A stretch of DNA of 64,000 nt from assembly GCA_043228905.1 (NCBI GenBank), contig JBHGNT010000016.1, forward strand, positions 17,608,001 through 17,672,000, given 5' to 3'. The stretch comes from Azolla caroliniana (lineage: Eukaryota > Plantae > Polypodiophyta). This document shows positions 1 to 12,262 of the stretch, piece after piece. Position 1 is the first letter of the stretch. Every line of letters begins with the position of its first letter. Below the pieces are notes generated by a model. The model did no database searches, was not told where the DNA came from, and worked only from the letters and a program-made list of their open reading frames with translations. The position numbers and the translations under genes were made by a program.

Positions 1-2083
1 CCAAGACATGAAAGAAGAATGTGAAAACCAAACGGAGGTTAGAAGGTTCCTTGGAGCATGCGCATTTTATCATATCTGGATTCCGCACTATGCTCATGTC
101 GTTGAACCGTTATATGTACTACTAAAATAAAGAATGAAGTTCAAATGGCAAGACGAGCACACAAATGCGATGCGAAGATTGAAGAAACTGCTTCTTGAAG
201 CTCTGGCAATAAGGAAGGCCGACTATGCCGAAGGGAAGCCGATTTACGTGACCGTAGATACGAGCCCAACCGGAATCGAGTGGGTCATCAATCAAGAAGG
301 AGAAGATAATGCGCGATATGTTGTCCGGTTCAGAGCAAAGGTTCTCAGCGAACAGCAACAAAGATATGCCCAAGTCAAGCGGGAACTTTGGGGTATTGTG
401 TCGGTAGTGAAGACGGACAAAGATTACCTGATCGGGTCGGAAGTGATAATAGAGACAGATTGTCTCCCAATTCTCGGAATGGTCTCGGGATGTGCGACCC
501 CAGATCTTGCTATGCTAAGGTGGATCGCCTACATCAAGTCTTTAAACCCAGAGATCTGTCACATTGCAGGGAAGAAGAATGCCATGGCTGACATGCTGTT
601 GAGGGCAAGATTTGAAAATGGAAGCGACATGGTTTCGGAAGATGAAGATGTCGCCCTCGACTTCTTCAAGTTGGCTCGATTATCGGCGGAAGACCAGGAC
701 ACGCAAACCCTCCACGCCTTCAACGAGAACGAGTATGAAGGAGAGTGGTTACTGATCGGTAGATTCCTAAGAACATTGACGGTAGATGCTTCGTTGACAA
801 AGGAGGAGGCCCTACGAATCCGGAAGAAAGCTTACTGATACTTCTTGAAGGGAGGATTCCTTTGGCGACATCCAAAAAGAAGGACAAGAATACCACGTCG
901 AGTGGTGGTGAAGAAAGAAGAGCAAGAGACGTTGATGACCGAATTCCACGAGAGTGCTTGGGCAGATCATAAAGGAACATGGGTGACGTTCAAAAAGTTG
1001 AAGGAGAAGTATTGGTGGCCAAGCATGTACAAAGATGTACTCCATTTCGTGTCCACATGCGAAACTTGCCAAATATATTCAAATATACGTCATCGCGATG
1101 AGTTACAGCTGACATACCCACTCACCATACACTTCAAATGGATGGTGGATCTGGTCTCGATGCCAATGGGAGTGGGACAAATGTAGTACTTAGCACTGGC
1201 AAGGGAAGACTTGACAAATCAAGTGGAAGGACGAGCCTTGACAAATAAGACGACTTCAGTCGTTTGCAAATTTCTGCTTGAAGAGGTTGTTTGCCGATAC
1301 GGATGTGTGGGGAAGATAGTGGCCGACCGAGGGGAGTTGGATGCGCACAAAGCGACGAAGCTCTTCGAACGACTAGGCGTGAAGCTCTCCCTCACGACTG
1401 CCTACAATCTGGAAGTGAATGGGAAGATCGAACGAGGGCATGGACCTATCGTTAAAGCCATCATACGAGCATGCAATGGTCGAGTCAAGAATTGGCCACG
1501 ACTATTACCCTATGCCTTGTGGGCCGATAGAACGACACACAGCTCGGTGACAGGGTATATGCCGACGAAGCTTATGTATGGACAAAAGCTGGTTATGCCC
1601 ATCGACAGGACGATCGCCTCATGGGTAGCGATACTGTGGGAGAACGAGATGAGCCGAGAAGAGTTATTAGCGGCGCAGATAAGGCAACTTGAAAGAAGAC
1701 CTGAAGATCTAAAAAAAGCGCGAAAGATGATGGAGGCAGCCCGAGTAAAGAACAAAGTTTGGTTCGACAACACGCATCGACTTCATCCCAAGAAGATTGA
1801 AGAAGGAGATTGGGTTTTGGTTTATGACAGTAGCCTTGACAATCAACACAGTACAACAAGAAAGTTTGCAAGAAGATGGTTCGGGCCATATGTGGTGACA
1901 AGTGCCAACGATAATGCCACATACCACCTTGCGGAGCTAGACGGATCAAGGTTGGTCGTACCCATTGCGGGAAAAAGAGTAAAGATTTTCAAGAAAAGAC
2001 AAGACGAGAATCCTGACCTCGATCACCTCGACGATCAACATAATAGGGCGGATGTAAATGAAGACATGGAGGAATTTTATTGA
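1..2083 (+). pseudogene. Gypsy pol 3' part (RT connection/RNase H - integrase) with in-frame stops
   Basis: ORFs 134-838 (VTVDTS...YAQVKREL...TDCLP), 845-1186 (H-x5-H...CxxC integrase zinc finger) and 1211-2083 (IVADRG...NGKIERGH, WFGPY) share one frame and are separated by single TGA/TAG stops. Confidence 0.9.
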
Positions 2084-2155
2084 TCACCATAGCCGAAATC
2101 TCACTTTCTCTCTTCTTGGCATGTACCGGAGGACGTGCGGTTTGGTGGGGGTGGA

Positions 2156-3318
2156 TGTCATGAAGATTTTTGGCAATGGTGTGAAAATCACATAAAACGT
2201 ACAAAATCGAGTGTGAATCACATAAAACAATAATAGTGAAGTATCTAAGTACAAAATGATGGAGGTCTTCAAGAGCTTTCGAATGCACTTTATTACACGA
2301 GAAACGAACAACTAGATGTCAAGATATGAGGGTATAAAGTTTGTGAAAGGAAAAGAGAAAATTGTGAGATATCCCACATAGGCATAACAAATACGGCTCT
2401 CATCATATATAAGGTAGAGCAAAAGTTATTATCTTTGTGTCTATGTGTGGAGCATAGAGAGTTCAAGGTAACTTGAAGTAAGAGTGGAGGTGACCTACCT
2501 ACTTATAAAGGTTTTGGCCAACCAAAACCGGACCAACGATAGAGCGATGATCCGACAGCAGCGCGCAAAGCAACGGTGGTACACCGGCAACCAGTGATCC
2601 GACGGAACCGGTGGAACCGACATCCGGTGGCATCCGGCGGTAGCTACAGATAACCGACAACATCCGGTGGCAACTACCGGTAACCAACGGCATCCGGCGC
2701 CGGCGAGCCGGCAACTGACGATAACTGGCGGCGACCAAATTAATAAATAAATATCACATATATATACACAAGGAAGGCAAGTGAGGATTCGAACCTTGCA
2801 CCTCCTAGTTAAGAGTCAGTAGGCTTACCACTACGCCATGACATTTAGTTAAATTTATATTTCTATCATTGTAGTTTTACATGGAAATTCTCATACATGA
2901 AAGCTAAAATGAGTGACATGGTTATCATACACCACATGTAATACATGAGCGCCAAATGGCAAACATGCATTCTTTGCATGTCTTGTACCCTCACATGCAT
3001 CATATCCATGAGAGCATCTATAAAAGAAGGGATGAAAAAGAAGAAGGGTTAGGCTTTTTTTGGTTATGAAATTAAGAAGAAGAGAATTCGTTCTCGAATT
3101 GATCGTGTAACTTGTTTCTTAAAATCTAAAATCAAGAGTTCAATCTTAATCTCTCTCAATCTAAAGTCAAGCGTTCTATTCTATCTCAAGCTCTCTCTCT
3201 CTTTCAATATAGCTTAAGTACTTTCTCACTAAAGCTTGAACCAACTTCAAGTCCTTCCAGTCCAGAACCTCGGCGGTTCCGCCTCACGATTCGCGCGTAG
3301 TGACGGATCTTCACGACA
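2156..3318 (+). repeat. 3' LTR of gypsy A (~1163 bp)
   Basis: Starts TGTCATGAAGAT and ends ATCTTCACGACA, a 12-bp terminal inverted repeat with 1 mismatch. Preceded by the PPT; TATAAAA near 3019; CCGG-rich short repeats at ~2520-2740. Confidence 0.85.
2775..2846 (-). other. tRNA-derived sequence (Pol III A/B boxes) inside LTR A
   Basis: Minus strand reads TGGCGTAGTGG (A box)...TGACTCTTAAC (Lys-CTT-like loop)...GGTTCGAATCC (B box) at tRNA-like spacing. The acceptor stem does not pair. Confidence 0.65.
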
Positions 3319-6037
3319 ACGTACGCTATCGCACCGAATATGCGGATGTGCGATAAGTCCGGCTTCTTTCCGAAGAACTTCTCGTGCGGAGTCACCTCGT
3401 GCATGCCGGATGTTGTGCACCAGTTCATTAGGTAGATGGTCGTATTTGTAGCTTCGGCCCAATATGACTTGGGCATATGCTTCTCGTTCATCATGGCCCG
3501 CGCTACTTCGAGGATGTGCCGATTTTTGCGCTCGACTACCCTGTTTTGTTGCAAAGTGTGTCGGCAAGTGAATTCTCGCGGAATTCCTTCCTTTCGGAGA
3601 TATGATGTGAAAACGTCTGAGAAGTACTCCTTGCCACCATCCGATCGGAGACATCGTACATGTCGTCCAGTGGCTTTCTCAACTTCATTCTTGAATTTTT
3701 GGAAGTGTCCGAACACTTCGCTCTTTTCCCGCATCAGATAGATCCAAGTGTGCCTAGAAAAGTCGTCAATGAAGAGCACGTAATATCGGCATCCGCCAAA
3801 TGTAGCCGTCTGCGTCGGTCCCCATACGTCGGAATGGACTACGTCGAGTAGACCTTTGCTCACGTTCCGCTCTTTCGGGAATGGGTGTCGGTGTTGCTTG
3901 CCGAATTGGCATGCTTCGCATACACCTTCAGTCTCCTTTTCTTTGAATGTCGGGAGTCCGATGACCACTCCTTTCGTTGTCATTGCTTTGAGTTTGTTGA
4001 GATTGATGTGGCCGATTCGCTTATGCCATAGCTCTATGTCGGAGTCGACTTTCGTGCTTTTCGCGAACATGGCGGATTTCATCTCGTGTGAATCGAGAAT
4101 GAACATCCGGCCCTCTCTTCTTCCGCGTGCGATGATTTGGCCTTCTTTTTCGATGAACCACCCTTCTTGGTCGAATCGTACTTGCATCCCTTGCTCAACC
4201 ATTTGGCCGACCGAGACCAAATTCTTTGTGATGGTGGGAACATACAAGACATTTTTAATGTATGTTTGCTTACCTCTTTCGCCGAACGGAACATTACCGA
4301 TGTGCCGAATCAGGTGCGTAGTGTCATCTCCGGTTACGACATAACCGGGTTGTTCTGGCTCTCGAAGTTCGCGAAACCATTCTTTATAGGATGTCATATG
4401 GTTTGAGGCTCTGGAGTCAACAAACCATACGTCCTCCGGATTGAGGGCACTAGTTGAGGTAGAGGTCGACATAGAGTTTGCTCTATGTTTCATCATGAAC
4501 ATTCCGCCACGGTCGGAGTTGCGTGCATATATTCCGCCACGATCTTCGTAGTCGGAGTTGTTCCCGTACATTCCGCTATACTCTTCATAGTCGGAATTGT
4601 GCGCGTAATTCGTGAGTTGTCGGCTTGTGGAAGCTGATTCACGCATCTTCTTTCGGCACTCTTCTTCGTGGTGACCAAGCTTTCCGCAATATCCGCATTC
4701 GGTTGCGTTTTGACGGCTCGGGCTGGAGTGGAACCTCCCCCTTCTTGCGAAGGTTCCTCGTTGACTTCCGTTTTGCGGCCGAAATTGGGAGTTGTTATCG
4801 TAGGTTGGACCTCGTCCGCCTTGTCCTTGGCCGAATCAGCCTCTCAACCGTCCACGTCCTCTTCCTCCGTTCGAGTGCGTGTAGAGCATGTGGCCTTCCA
4901 ACTCATTGCTCCTTGTACGCACGTCGTTTTCTTCGACCAATAGCATTGATTGGAGCTCGAAGGAGGGAGATTTCTCTCGTGCTAGAACGGCGGTTCGCAT
5001 CGCGCCGAACCGTGGTGCGAGGCCGCCGAGGCATATTTGAACCATCTCATCATCATCGATATTTACGCTTATTGAGCCGAGCGAATTGCAAAGCTCCTTG
5101 ATCTTCGAGGTGTATGTCGTAATGGACATGTCCCTTTGTTGAATGTTGTTCAACTCTTAGCGGAGTTGAAGCCTTCTTGCGGTTGTGTTCGCCGCGAAAA
5201 TCTTTCGTAGATTTTCCTATGCCTCCTTCGGCGTCGTGGCTTCACGAATGTAGCCGAGCATGTGATCGTGAACACATGTCGCCAAGCAATACATCACGCA
5301 GCTTGCGGCTTGCTCCCATGTCGCGTATCCGGGAGCTGCTTCGGCGGGTCGGTCTTCATGCGCTCCTTTGATGTAACTCCAATAGCCTTGTCCAACAAGG
5401 TATTGGTGCATCTTGTACTCCCAAGATGCGAAGTTGTTTCGATCCAAATTCTCAATAGGGAGAGCGCTCCCCATTTGAGTATTCATTATGTCGATTCTTC
5501 TTCTTCTTCTTCTCTCTTCAAATGTGAGCTATGTAGCGAAGCTACGATAGCGATGAGCCAGTTCTTGGTCGTCGACGTGGAGCACAACACATGATCACGA
5601 TGAGGCGAATGGGCTAGATCGAGCTACCAAATCGCTCTGATACCATGTAAAGAATCGGATATGATTCTTGTGAAGCAGAAGAGATGTGAGTTATGTGTGT
5701 GTATGAGAGAGAGAGTGTGTGAGAGAGAGAGACAAGGAATAATACACATAGAATAAGCAAGGTAGATTATATTAACAAAGGAGAAAGACTTAACTTGATA
5801 CAAGGTGGGAGGAGGGTGCTTTATATAGTCACCCTCTCTCTTCATTAACTACAAGACTCATGGAGCATGGGGAATGTGAAAGCTCATAAGTTATGTGTCA
5901 TAGAATATGATTCTATGACTCATACTAAATGCTAGAATACAAAGAGGTGACATAATGGTGACTCTTGACCGTTGGAGTGTCTATTCACTCTCAAGGTGAG
6001 TTCACACACTAGACCAAGTTGAGCTTGATTCTCAACA
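3319..6037 (-). mobile_element. Ty1/copia element 'B', 5' half: LTR 5646-6037, PBS, degenerate gag-PR-IN (ATG 5486)
   Basis: PBS TGGTATCAGAGC (iMet) at 5634-5645 abuts the LTR. Gag MNTQMGSALP...; protease WFVDSRASNHM; GAG-pre-integrase LWHKRIGH...CEAC; integrase VHSDVWGP/FIDDFSR/LRSDGGKEY. Interrupted by gypsy A. Confidence 0.9.
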
Positions 6038-6281
6038 GCTTTCTTCCTTCGATCACGTACACATGCTACGTAGCGGCACTATAGTAGCCGATAGCCGGAT
6101 TTTGTCATCGGCATCTCGAACACACAATCACGGAGTCGGGTGAGCTTAGTGGATTTTCTAAACCACACGCTCTGATACCATGTTAAGAATGAGGTGAGTA
6201 ATTAAGGGTTAATTAGTACCTAATTATGTGATTAGTTGATAAGCGGAAGATTAAGTGATATGTGTGTGTATGTGTGTGAGA

Positions 6282-6321
<40 letters not shown>

Positions 6322-6629
6322 TGAACAACACAATATGGGGGATGAGTAACTATATTAAATTAGCATTATCATCATCAAATACAATTATACCCACAATGAG
6401 GTATATATACATTTCATGTGCAAGGGTGCACATGTGTGAGGATAATATAGGTACAAAAGTGTAAGTCCTATATTAAATATACTTGGGAGTGGAGGATCTA
6501 GAATATCCCACTTAAGTACAAGGTCTTATTTAAGGCGTTATAGTCAACACTTCTAACTAGATTCTATCTAGGTAACTACGAAGTTACATGGTTGACTAAC
6601 TAAACTAAGTTGAGCTCGATCTCTCAACA
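6038..6629 (-). mobile_element. 5' LTR (6181-6629), PBS and leader of another copia (same family as element E), interrupted by B
   Basis: PBS at 6169-6180. TG...CA LTR homologous to 19496-19967. Leader 6038-6150 homologous to ~46007-46120. Confidence 0.85.
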
Positions 6630-7208
6630 CTATGGAAAGAAACTTCATGAAGAAAATGTTGAAGGGGGGTTGGGGGAAGACGGTAGAGTTAGAGCCCATG
6701 TGAGCAATCTTTTCTTTTTTCTTTTTTCCAACTCTCCTGTTTGCATCTGTCGTGGTTTCTTCCTTGGTTGCCTCTCACCGCCACCTCCCATCTCCTCCGT
6801 CTCACGTCGGCTCACAGGCCCAATGGTCAAAGTATCCGGAATAGGTGTAGAGGGACTATTCCATCTGTCCTTCTCTGCATCGCCATTCTTTGGTTTCCCA
6901 CTGCCACCTTCCATCTCCCCGGTCTCACGTTGGCTCTTGGGCCCGACTACCGAAGTCTCTGGAGCCGGTGTGGGGAGACCCCTATGTTTGTCCTCTGTCT
7001 CACCATTTACGACCTTATCCTCGGTCAATCTTTCTCCGCAAGTCGGGAGGGTGGCTTGCCCCATACTGTCTCTTGTGGTACCATCGTACCATGCCTCAGC
7101 CTCCTCATAGGCCACATCCTTCGCGTCCGAGAAGCCAGCTAACTCCTTGTCCTCCGAATCCCCCGAAACTGATTGTGTGTTGGACCTCTCTTCTTCGTTG
7201 AACTTCAT
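6630..7208 (-). pseudogene. Probable L1 LINE fragment: ORF1 C-terminus / ORF2 start
   Basis: A low-complexity ORF ending in a basic patch (KRKKKR) has its TGA overlapping an ATG (ATGA, 6648-6645). The new frame opens MKFLSI, resembling the MKxLSWN start of L1 endonucleases. Only 6 codons are visible before the copia LTR. Confidence 0.4.
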
Positions 7209-9435
7209 GTGACAAAGGTGCTCTAGAGATTCTGCATGAACAATGTGAAACCGGTTGGTTCGACACTTCCGACATACTATAAGCTATCTGGGAGACAAAG
7301 TCCGAAGACAAAGTCGGAGAAAGCTGAGATGATGAAGGTACCCTATGCCTTAGTTGTCGGAAGCCTAATGTATGCAATGGTGTGTACCAAGCCGAACATC
7401 GGATATGCAATCAGAGTCCTCAATCAATTCATGAGCAATCTTGGCAAAGAGCACTATGCAAATCATGAGGGGATGAGGAACCATTATTCACTTGTTTTTG
7501 TTGTTTTTTGTATAGGTCAGAGGTGGTATTCGGCGAGATGGTGGATGTGGTTTGATTGAAGCAATTTCTCTATTTTTAGGAGTGACGATGGTGTGGGGGA
7601 ACGAAGCAAATCATGAGGGAATGAGGAACATTTTCTCATTTTTGTTGATTCATTGCACAGGACATTGGTGCTATTCGGCGAGATGGTGGATGTGGACTAA
7701 AGGAAGCAATGTGTCTGTTTTAGGAGTGATGATGGTGGGGGGGATCGAAGCAGCTCATGAGGGGATGAGGAATTTTTTACTTATTTTGTTGTTAATTCCA
7801 CAGGACATTGGTGGCATTCGGCGAGGTGGTGGAGGTGGATTGAATGAAGCAATTTGGTTGTTTTTAGGAGTGATGATGGTGAGGGTGCCGAAGCACATCA
7901 TGAAGGGAGAGTGAATAAGTTGTGGGGATCGAAGCAAATGGGGTGAGAGGTGGAGATTAGTATAGTACATTTCATTTTCATGGTCTATTTTTTTCTCCCC
8001 AATAGTTTTTACAAATGCTGGAATCACTTCAGATTTGTTTGCAACTGTTTCTGTTGGGATGGTGAATCTTCTTACAGCTCCACACCTGACACATATGATT
8101 GGAAAGACGGAGGACATGGAATATCATGTGAAATATAAGTTTTCTATGGATTTTTGTTCTAAGAGCCCGAAATTTTGTTTTCTGCAGCAGATCACTGGAA
8201 TCAATGCTGTGTTTTATGGCTGTTTTTTTTCCCAACAGTTTTTACAAATGCTAGAATCAGTTCAGATATACTGGTGGAGATGAAACAATATTATGTACTA
8301 TTTGTATACTGCCTCCGGGCTTTTTATTAATACCAATGGAGCATATGTTTTATGGTAAAAAAAAAAAAGAGCACTAGGCAACATTCAAGTGGATACTCTG
8401 GTACCTGAAAGGCACCTTGAGCATGTGCCTCCAATTCGACTCGGGTAATCCCATATTAGAAGGTTTTACCGACTTGGACATGTCGGCTGATGTAGATACC
8501 AGTCGACCCACGTCCGGGTATGTAATGACTTATGCAAGGGGATCCGTCTTGTGGTAGTCGAGGCTGCAGAAGGCCGTGACATTGTCAACCACAGAGGAGA
8601 TAATCTGGATGAAGGAGTTCACTAGAGAGTTGTGGATTTAGCAAGAAGAATTCTAACTCTATTGCGACACCAAAGCGCCATCCACCTTCCAAAGAATGTT
8701 GCCTACCACTTGAGGACCAAGCACATCCATAGGAGATACTATTAGCTCCAGGAGTGGGTAGAAGAAAAGGAGTTTGCTCTAATGAAGATCCACATAGCGG
8801 TGAACAGATCGGACATGTTGACGAAAGTGTTGTTAGCAAAGAAGCTAGACGCGTGTCGATGTTGAGTCGAATTGATGGATCACCCCATGCCGAAGTGAAG
8901 GGGGAGTTTGTTGGGAAAACAAGTACCTCCAGATGGGAAGGAGAGCATGAGCCGGATCAGTCAGACTCGAAGGAAAAGAAAGACCGGACCCGGATCCGGA
9001 TCAAATCCGGATAGGCATCCAGAAATGGCCACATGTAAATAAGATTTTTGTTGCGCCTATTTTGGTCAAATTTGTAAATAACCCTAAAGTTATATCAGTA
9101 TAAATATAACAAGCACGAAACATTAGTTAGGTGATGTTCATATTGTAGTTGTGATTAACAGCAAGAGAGAGAGAGAGAGAGAGAATGTGTGTGTGTGTTG
9201 CTGCATCTCTGTTGTAACCACCATCAGGCAAAGAAAACAAGCTCGAGGTCGCTACTTGTGAGCCTCCTTGTATTTCCTCTTTTCATAATGAAACAGTTCG
9301 GAGTTTGGGGACTCTTGTAGTTTTCCCCTATTAGGGTTTCCACATTAAAAATATCTTGTGTTTTTTGTCAGTTTAAATCTTTGCACATCTCATACGTAAG
9401 TCTAGAACTAGTTGTGGTCGACTGCGATCTCAACA
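7206..9435 (+). mobile_element. Decayed Tnt1/Tork-like copia, 3' half (RT end, RNase H, PPT, 3' LTR 8909-9435)
   Basis: KVPYALVVGSLMYAMVCT (7236 ORF) is homologous to element F. RNase H remnants at 8460-8890; PPT GAAGGGGGAG; LTR TGTTGGG...CTCAACA. Confidence 0.85.
7457..8365 (+). mobile_element. Poly(A)-tailed non-LTR (TPRT-type) insertion, non-coding, with ~145-bp tandem repeats
   Basis: 11-bp TSD AAAGAGCACTA at 7446-7456 and 8366-8376; A-tail from 8357. Copia RT is continuous across the insertion. Repeat units start at 7458, 7606, 7750 and 7893 (partial). Confidence 0.8.
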
Positions 9436-9563
9436 CATCTTCCTTCTGAGGGACTATTGGTGGCACAACCTTTGCCTGATGATTCTTTTATGTTTTTACA
9501 AGCCTCAAAAGAAAATCTTGAAAGGTGTATGCAAGTTTGGGATCAATTTGTCTTGGCTTCAAG
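9436..9563 (+). pseudogene. L1 LINE reverse transcriptase fragment
   Basis: LLVAQPLPDDSFMFLQASKENL...WDQFVLAS resembles the L1 RT (F)ADD...F.LASG region. It is flanked on both sides by LTR ends. Confidence 0.6.
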
Positions 9564-11484
9564 TGTCAAATACACGTATTCACATTATCCCATTGGACAA
9601 ACTAGGTTTAGGCCATAATTATAAATAGTGGAAAGGGTAGTTTCCCTAACTCCGTTAGTATTTAAACTGACTTTTGTAATCTACTTGTCAAGTGGTTCAT
9701 TGTTGTTGTTGTTGCCATTGTTACTTTGGAGAATAATACAATTACTCTTGTGTGCCTCTCGATCTCTCTCTCTCTCTCTCATACTTTGTGTCTTTGATCT
9801 TGATCTTTGCTAAATTGTCTCTGTTTCTAATCTATTCAATCGACTCCTTCATCATCAACTTGGTGTTTCTCAGCACATGATGATGTTCTTGTTTTCGCAC
9901 TAACGACCTCAGTCTCCAACATCTGGTATCAAAGTAGAGGTTCTTCAATCCGCTGATGGATGTCATCTATCTTCAACAACATCTTTGGTCTCAATTCCTT
10001 GAAGACTCCAAGTCAATTCAAGTTCCTGAACAGACTCCAGATTTTAGGCAAACTGAAATCTTCTGATCGGCAACCTACAAGATGTTAGGAATGTGTCCCT
10101 CCTCTAGGAGGAGCCGACTATTCGACTAAGAGCCAACAGTCAAACACAAGGAGTAGGTGACTAATCAAGCTAAGAGACGACAGTCAAAGACATGGGGAGT
10201 TGACTGGGAGAGTCGACAGTAGATAATCCAAGTTGAAGACAAGACCAACTAGTCGGGCCCACCGGATGGTCAACACAAGAGTTGGCTAGTCGAATCGACT
10301 AGTCGACCGGTCGGCTGATTAACTGCTATTGTTATTACTATAATAATAGAAGTTATAGTAGTAGGGACTACATTTGTAAATATCCCATATGATGTAAAAG
10401 TATAAATACACTTAGGGCAGACATAATGTCATAGAAGAATAGATAGAGTAGAATAGAATGAAGTGCTACTGTGAGTGTGAGAGAAGGAAAAGAAAGAGAG
10501 TGAGAGAGTGGCGGCAGAGTTCAGTGAACTTGCCAAGAACCCTAAGTGGTTATCCTCTAAGTTTTAGAGGGAGTTGTAACCATTTTCTCTGTATTCTCTG
10601 TTGTATAATGGAATTGTAAAGAATCGATGGTGATTCTTGTGTAGCGGAAGAGATGTGTGTTATGTGTATGTGTGAGAGGAAAGAGGAGAGGAGAGAAACA
10701 CAAGATGGATAAGAGACAAAATGAAGTACTCAAGAAGAAGAAGATGTATATTAACAAGTAGAATAGGAAATACAAAATGTAGCATTACAAGGAGTCACAA
10801 CCGACTTGGTATGAAGTATGAGGAGGGTGCTTTATATAGAGTCACCCTCTCTCTTCATTAACTTTATAACAACCACTCTCTCTCTCTTGGGGAATGTGAA
10901 GACTCATAGTCATGGGGAATATGTAACTAATTAGTTATGTGTCATAGAATATGATTCTATGACACATAGTTAATGTGTAGAGAGTAGTGGTGTGACTCTT
11001 GACCTTTGAGTAATCATAGATTCTCAAAAGGTGTGTTCACACGTTGTGCTATGTTGAGCTTGATTCTCAACACGCCCCCTCAACCTCAACTCAAGTTGGT
11101 TCCTTTCGATTGATGTCCACTTCGGTTGGTATCCAGTTCGACGATCTCCGGTGTCCGCTTCGGCTCGTACCCAATTCAGACGGTATCCGGTTCTCCCTTG
11201 TACTCCCCCTCAAGCTTGGCAAGTCAAGGATCATCAATCCAAGGTCTGACATGAATTGCCGAAGCTTGTCGGCTCCTAAGGCTTTGGTGAAGATGTCAGC
11301 CATCTGTAGATTCGTGTTGATGTGTTGAAGGTCGACATCTTCGGCCTGTACGCGCTCTCGAATGAAGTGATAGTGCACTTCGATATGCTTTATGCATGCG
11401 TGGAACACCGGGTTCCGAGCCAAATATATACTGCTCATGTTGTCGTAGTAAATGGGAGTCGGATCCTTGATGGGAACGCCCAGA

Positions 11485-12262
11485 TCCTTCAAAATCCTCT
11501 TGAGCCATACGGCTTCACATGCAGCTATGATTGCACCCATGTATTCCACCTCCGTACTCGAAAGAGCGATGGTAGGTTGCTTCTTGCTACTCCACGAAAT
11601 CCTCTTGAGCCATACGGCTTCACATGCATCTACAATTGCGCCCATGTATTCCACCTCCGTACTCGAAAGAGCGACGGTAGGCTGCTTCTTGCTACTCCAC
11701 GAAATCGCTCCACTGCCGAGGGAGAAGACAAATGCGGAGGTCGATCATCGATCGGCTTTGTAACCAGCCCAGTCCGCGTCTGTGTACCCTTTGGGTCGTA
11801 TTGGTGTGGCCGATCCTTCAAAATCCTCTTGAGCCATACGGCTTCACATGCAACTACGATTGCGCCCATGTATTCCACCTCCGTACTCGAAAGAGCGACG
11901 GTAGGTTGCTTCTTGCTACTCCACGAAATCGCTCCGCTGCCGAGGGAGAAGACAAATGCGGAGGTCGATCATCGATCGGCTTTGTAACCAGCCCAGTCCG
12001 CGTCTGTGTACCCTTTGAGTCGTATTGGTGTGGCCGATCCTTCAAAATCCTCTTGAGCCATACGGCTTCACATGCAGCTACGATTGCGCCCATGTATTCC
12101 ACCTCCGTACTCGAAAGAGAGACGGTAGGCTGCTTCTTGCTACTCCACGAAATCGCTCCGCTGCCGAGGGAGAAGACAAATGCGGAGGTCGATCATCGAT
12201 CGGCTTTGTAACCATCCCAGTCTGCGTCTATGTACCCTTTGAGTCGTATTGGTGTGGCCGAT
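11485..12262. repeat. Internal tandem amplification in the copia D RNase H region (3 x 224 bp plus one ~107-bp partial copy)
   Basis: The AAATCCTCTTGAGCCATACGGCTTCACATGC block recurs at ~11492, ~11597, ~11821 and ~12045. ORFs 11630-11878 and 11854-12102 are offset by 224. Confidence 0.92.

Larger units (their letters stand above)
1..3318 (+). mobile_element. Ty3/gypsy LTR retrotransposon 'A', 3' part (5' end outside the window), inserted into copia 'B'
   Basis: RNase H-like, integrase and GPY/F coding sequence at 1-2083. A G-rich PPT (GGTGGGGGTGGA, ~2144-2155) precedes LTR 2156-3318. Copia integrase (FGAIAYV) resumes exactly at 3319. Confidence 0.9.

Noticed and set aside
2775-2846. Functional tRNA-Lys gene
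   Set aside because: The acceptor, anticodon and T stems do not pair properly; only the promoter boxes are intact.
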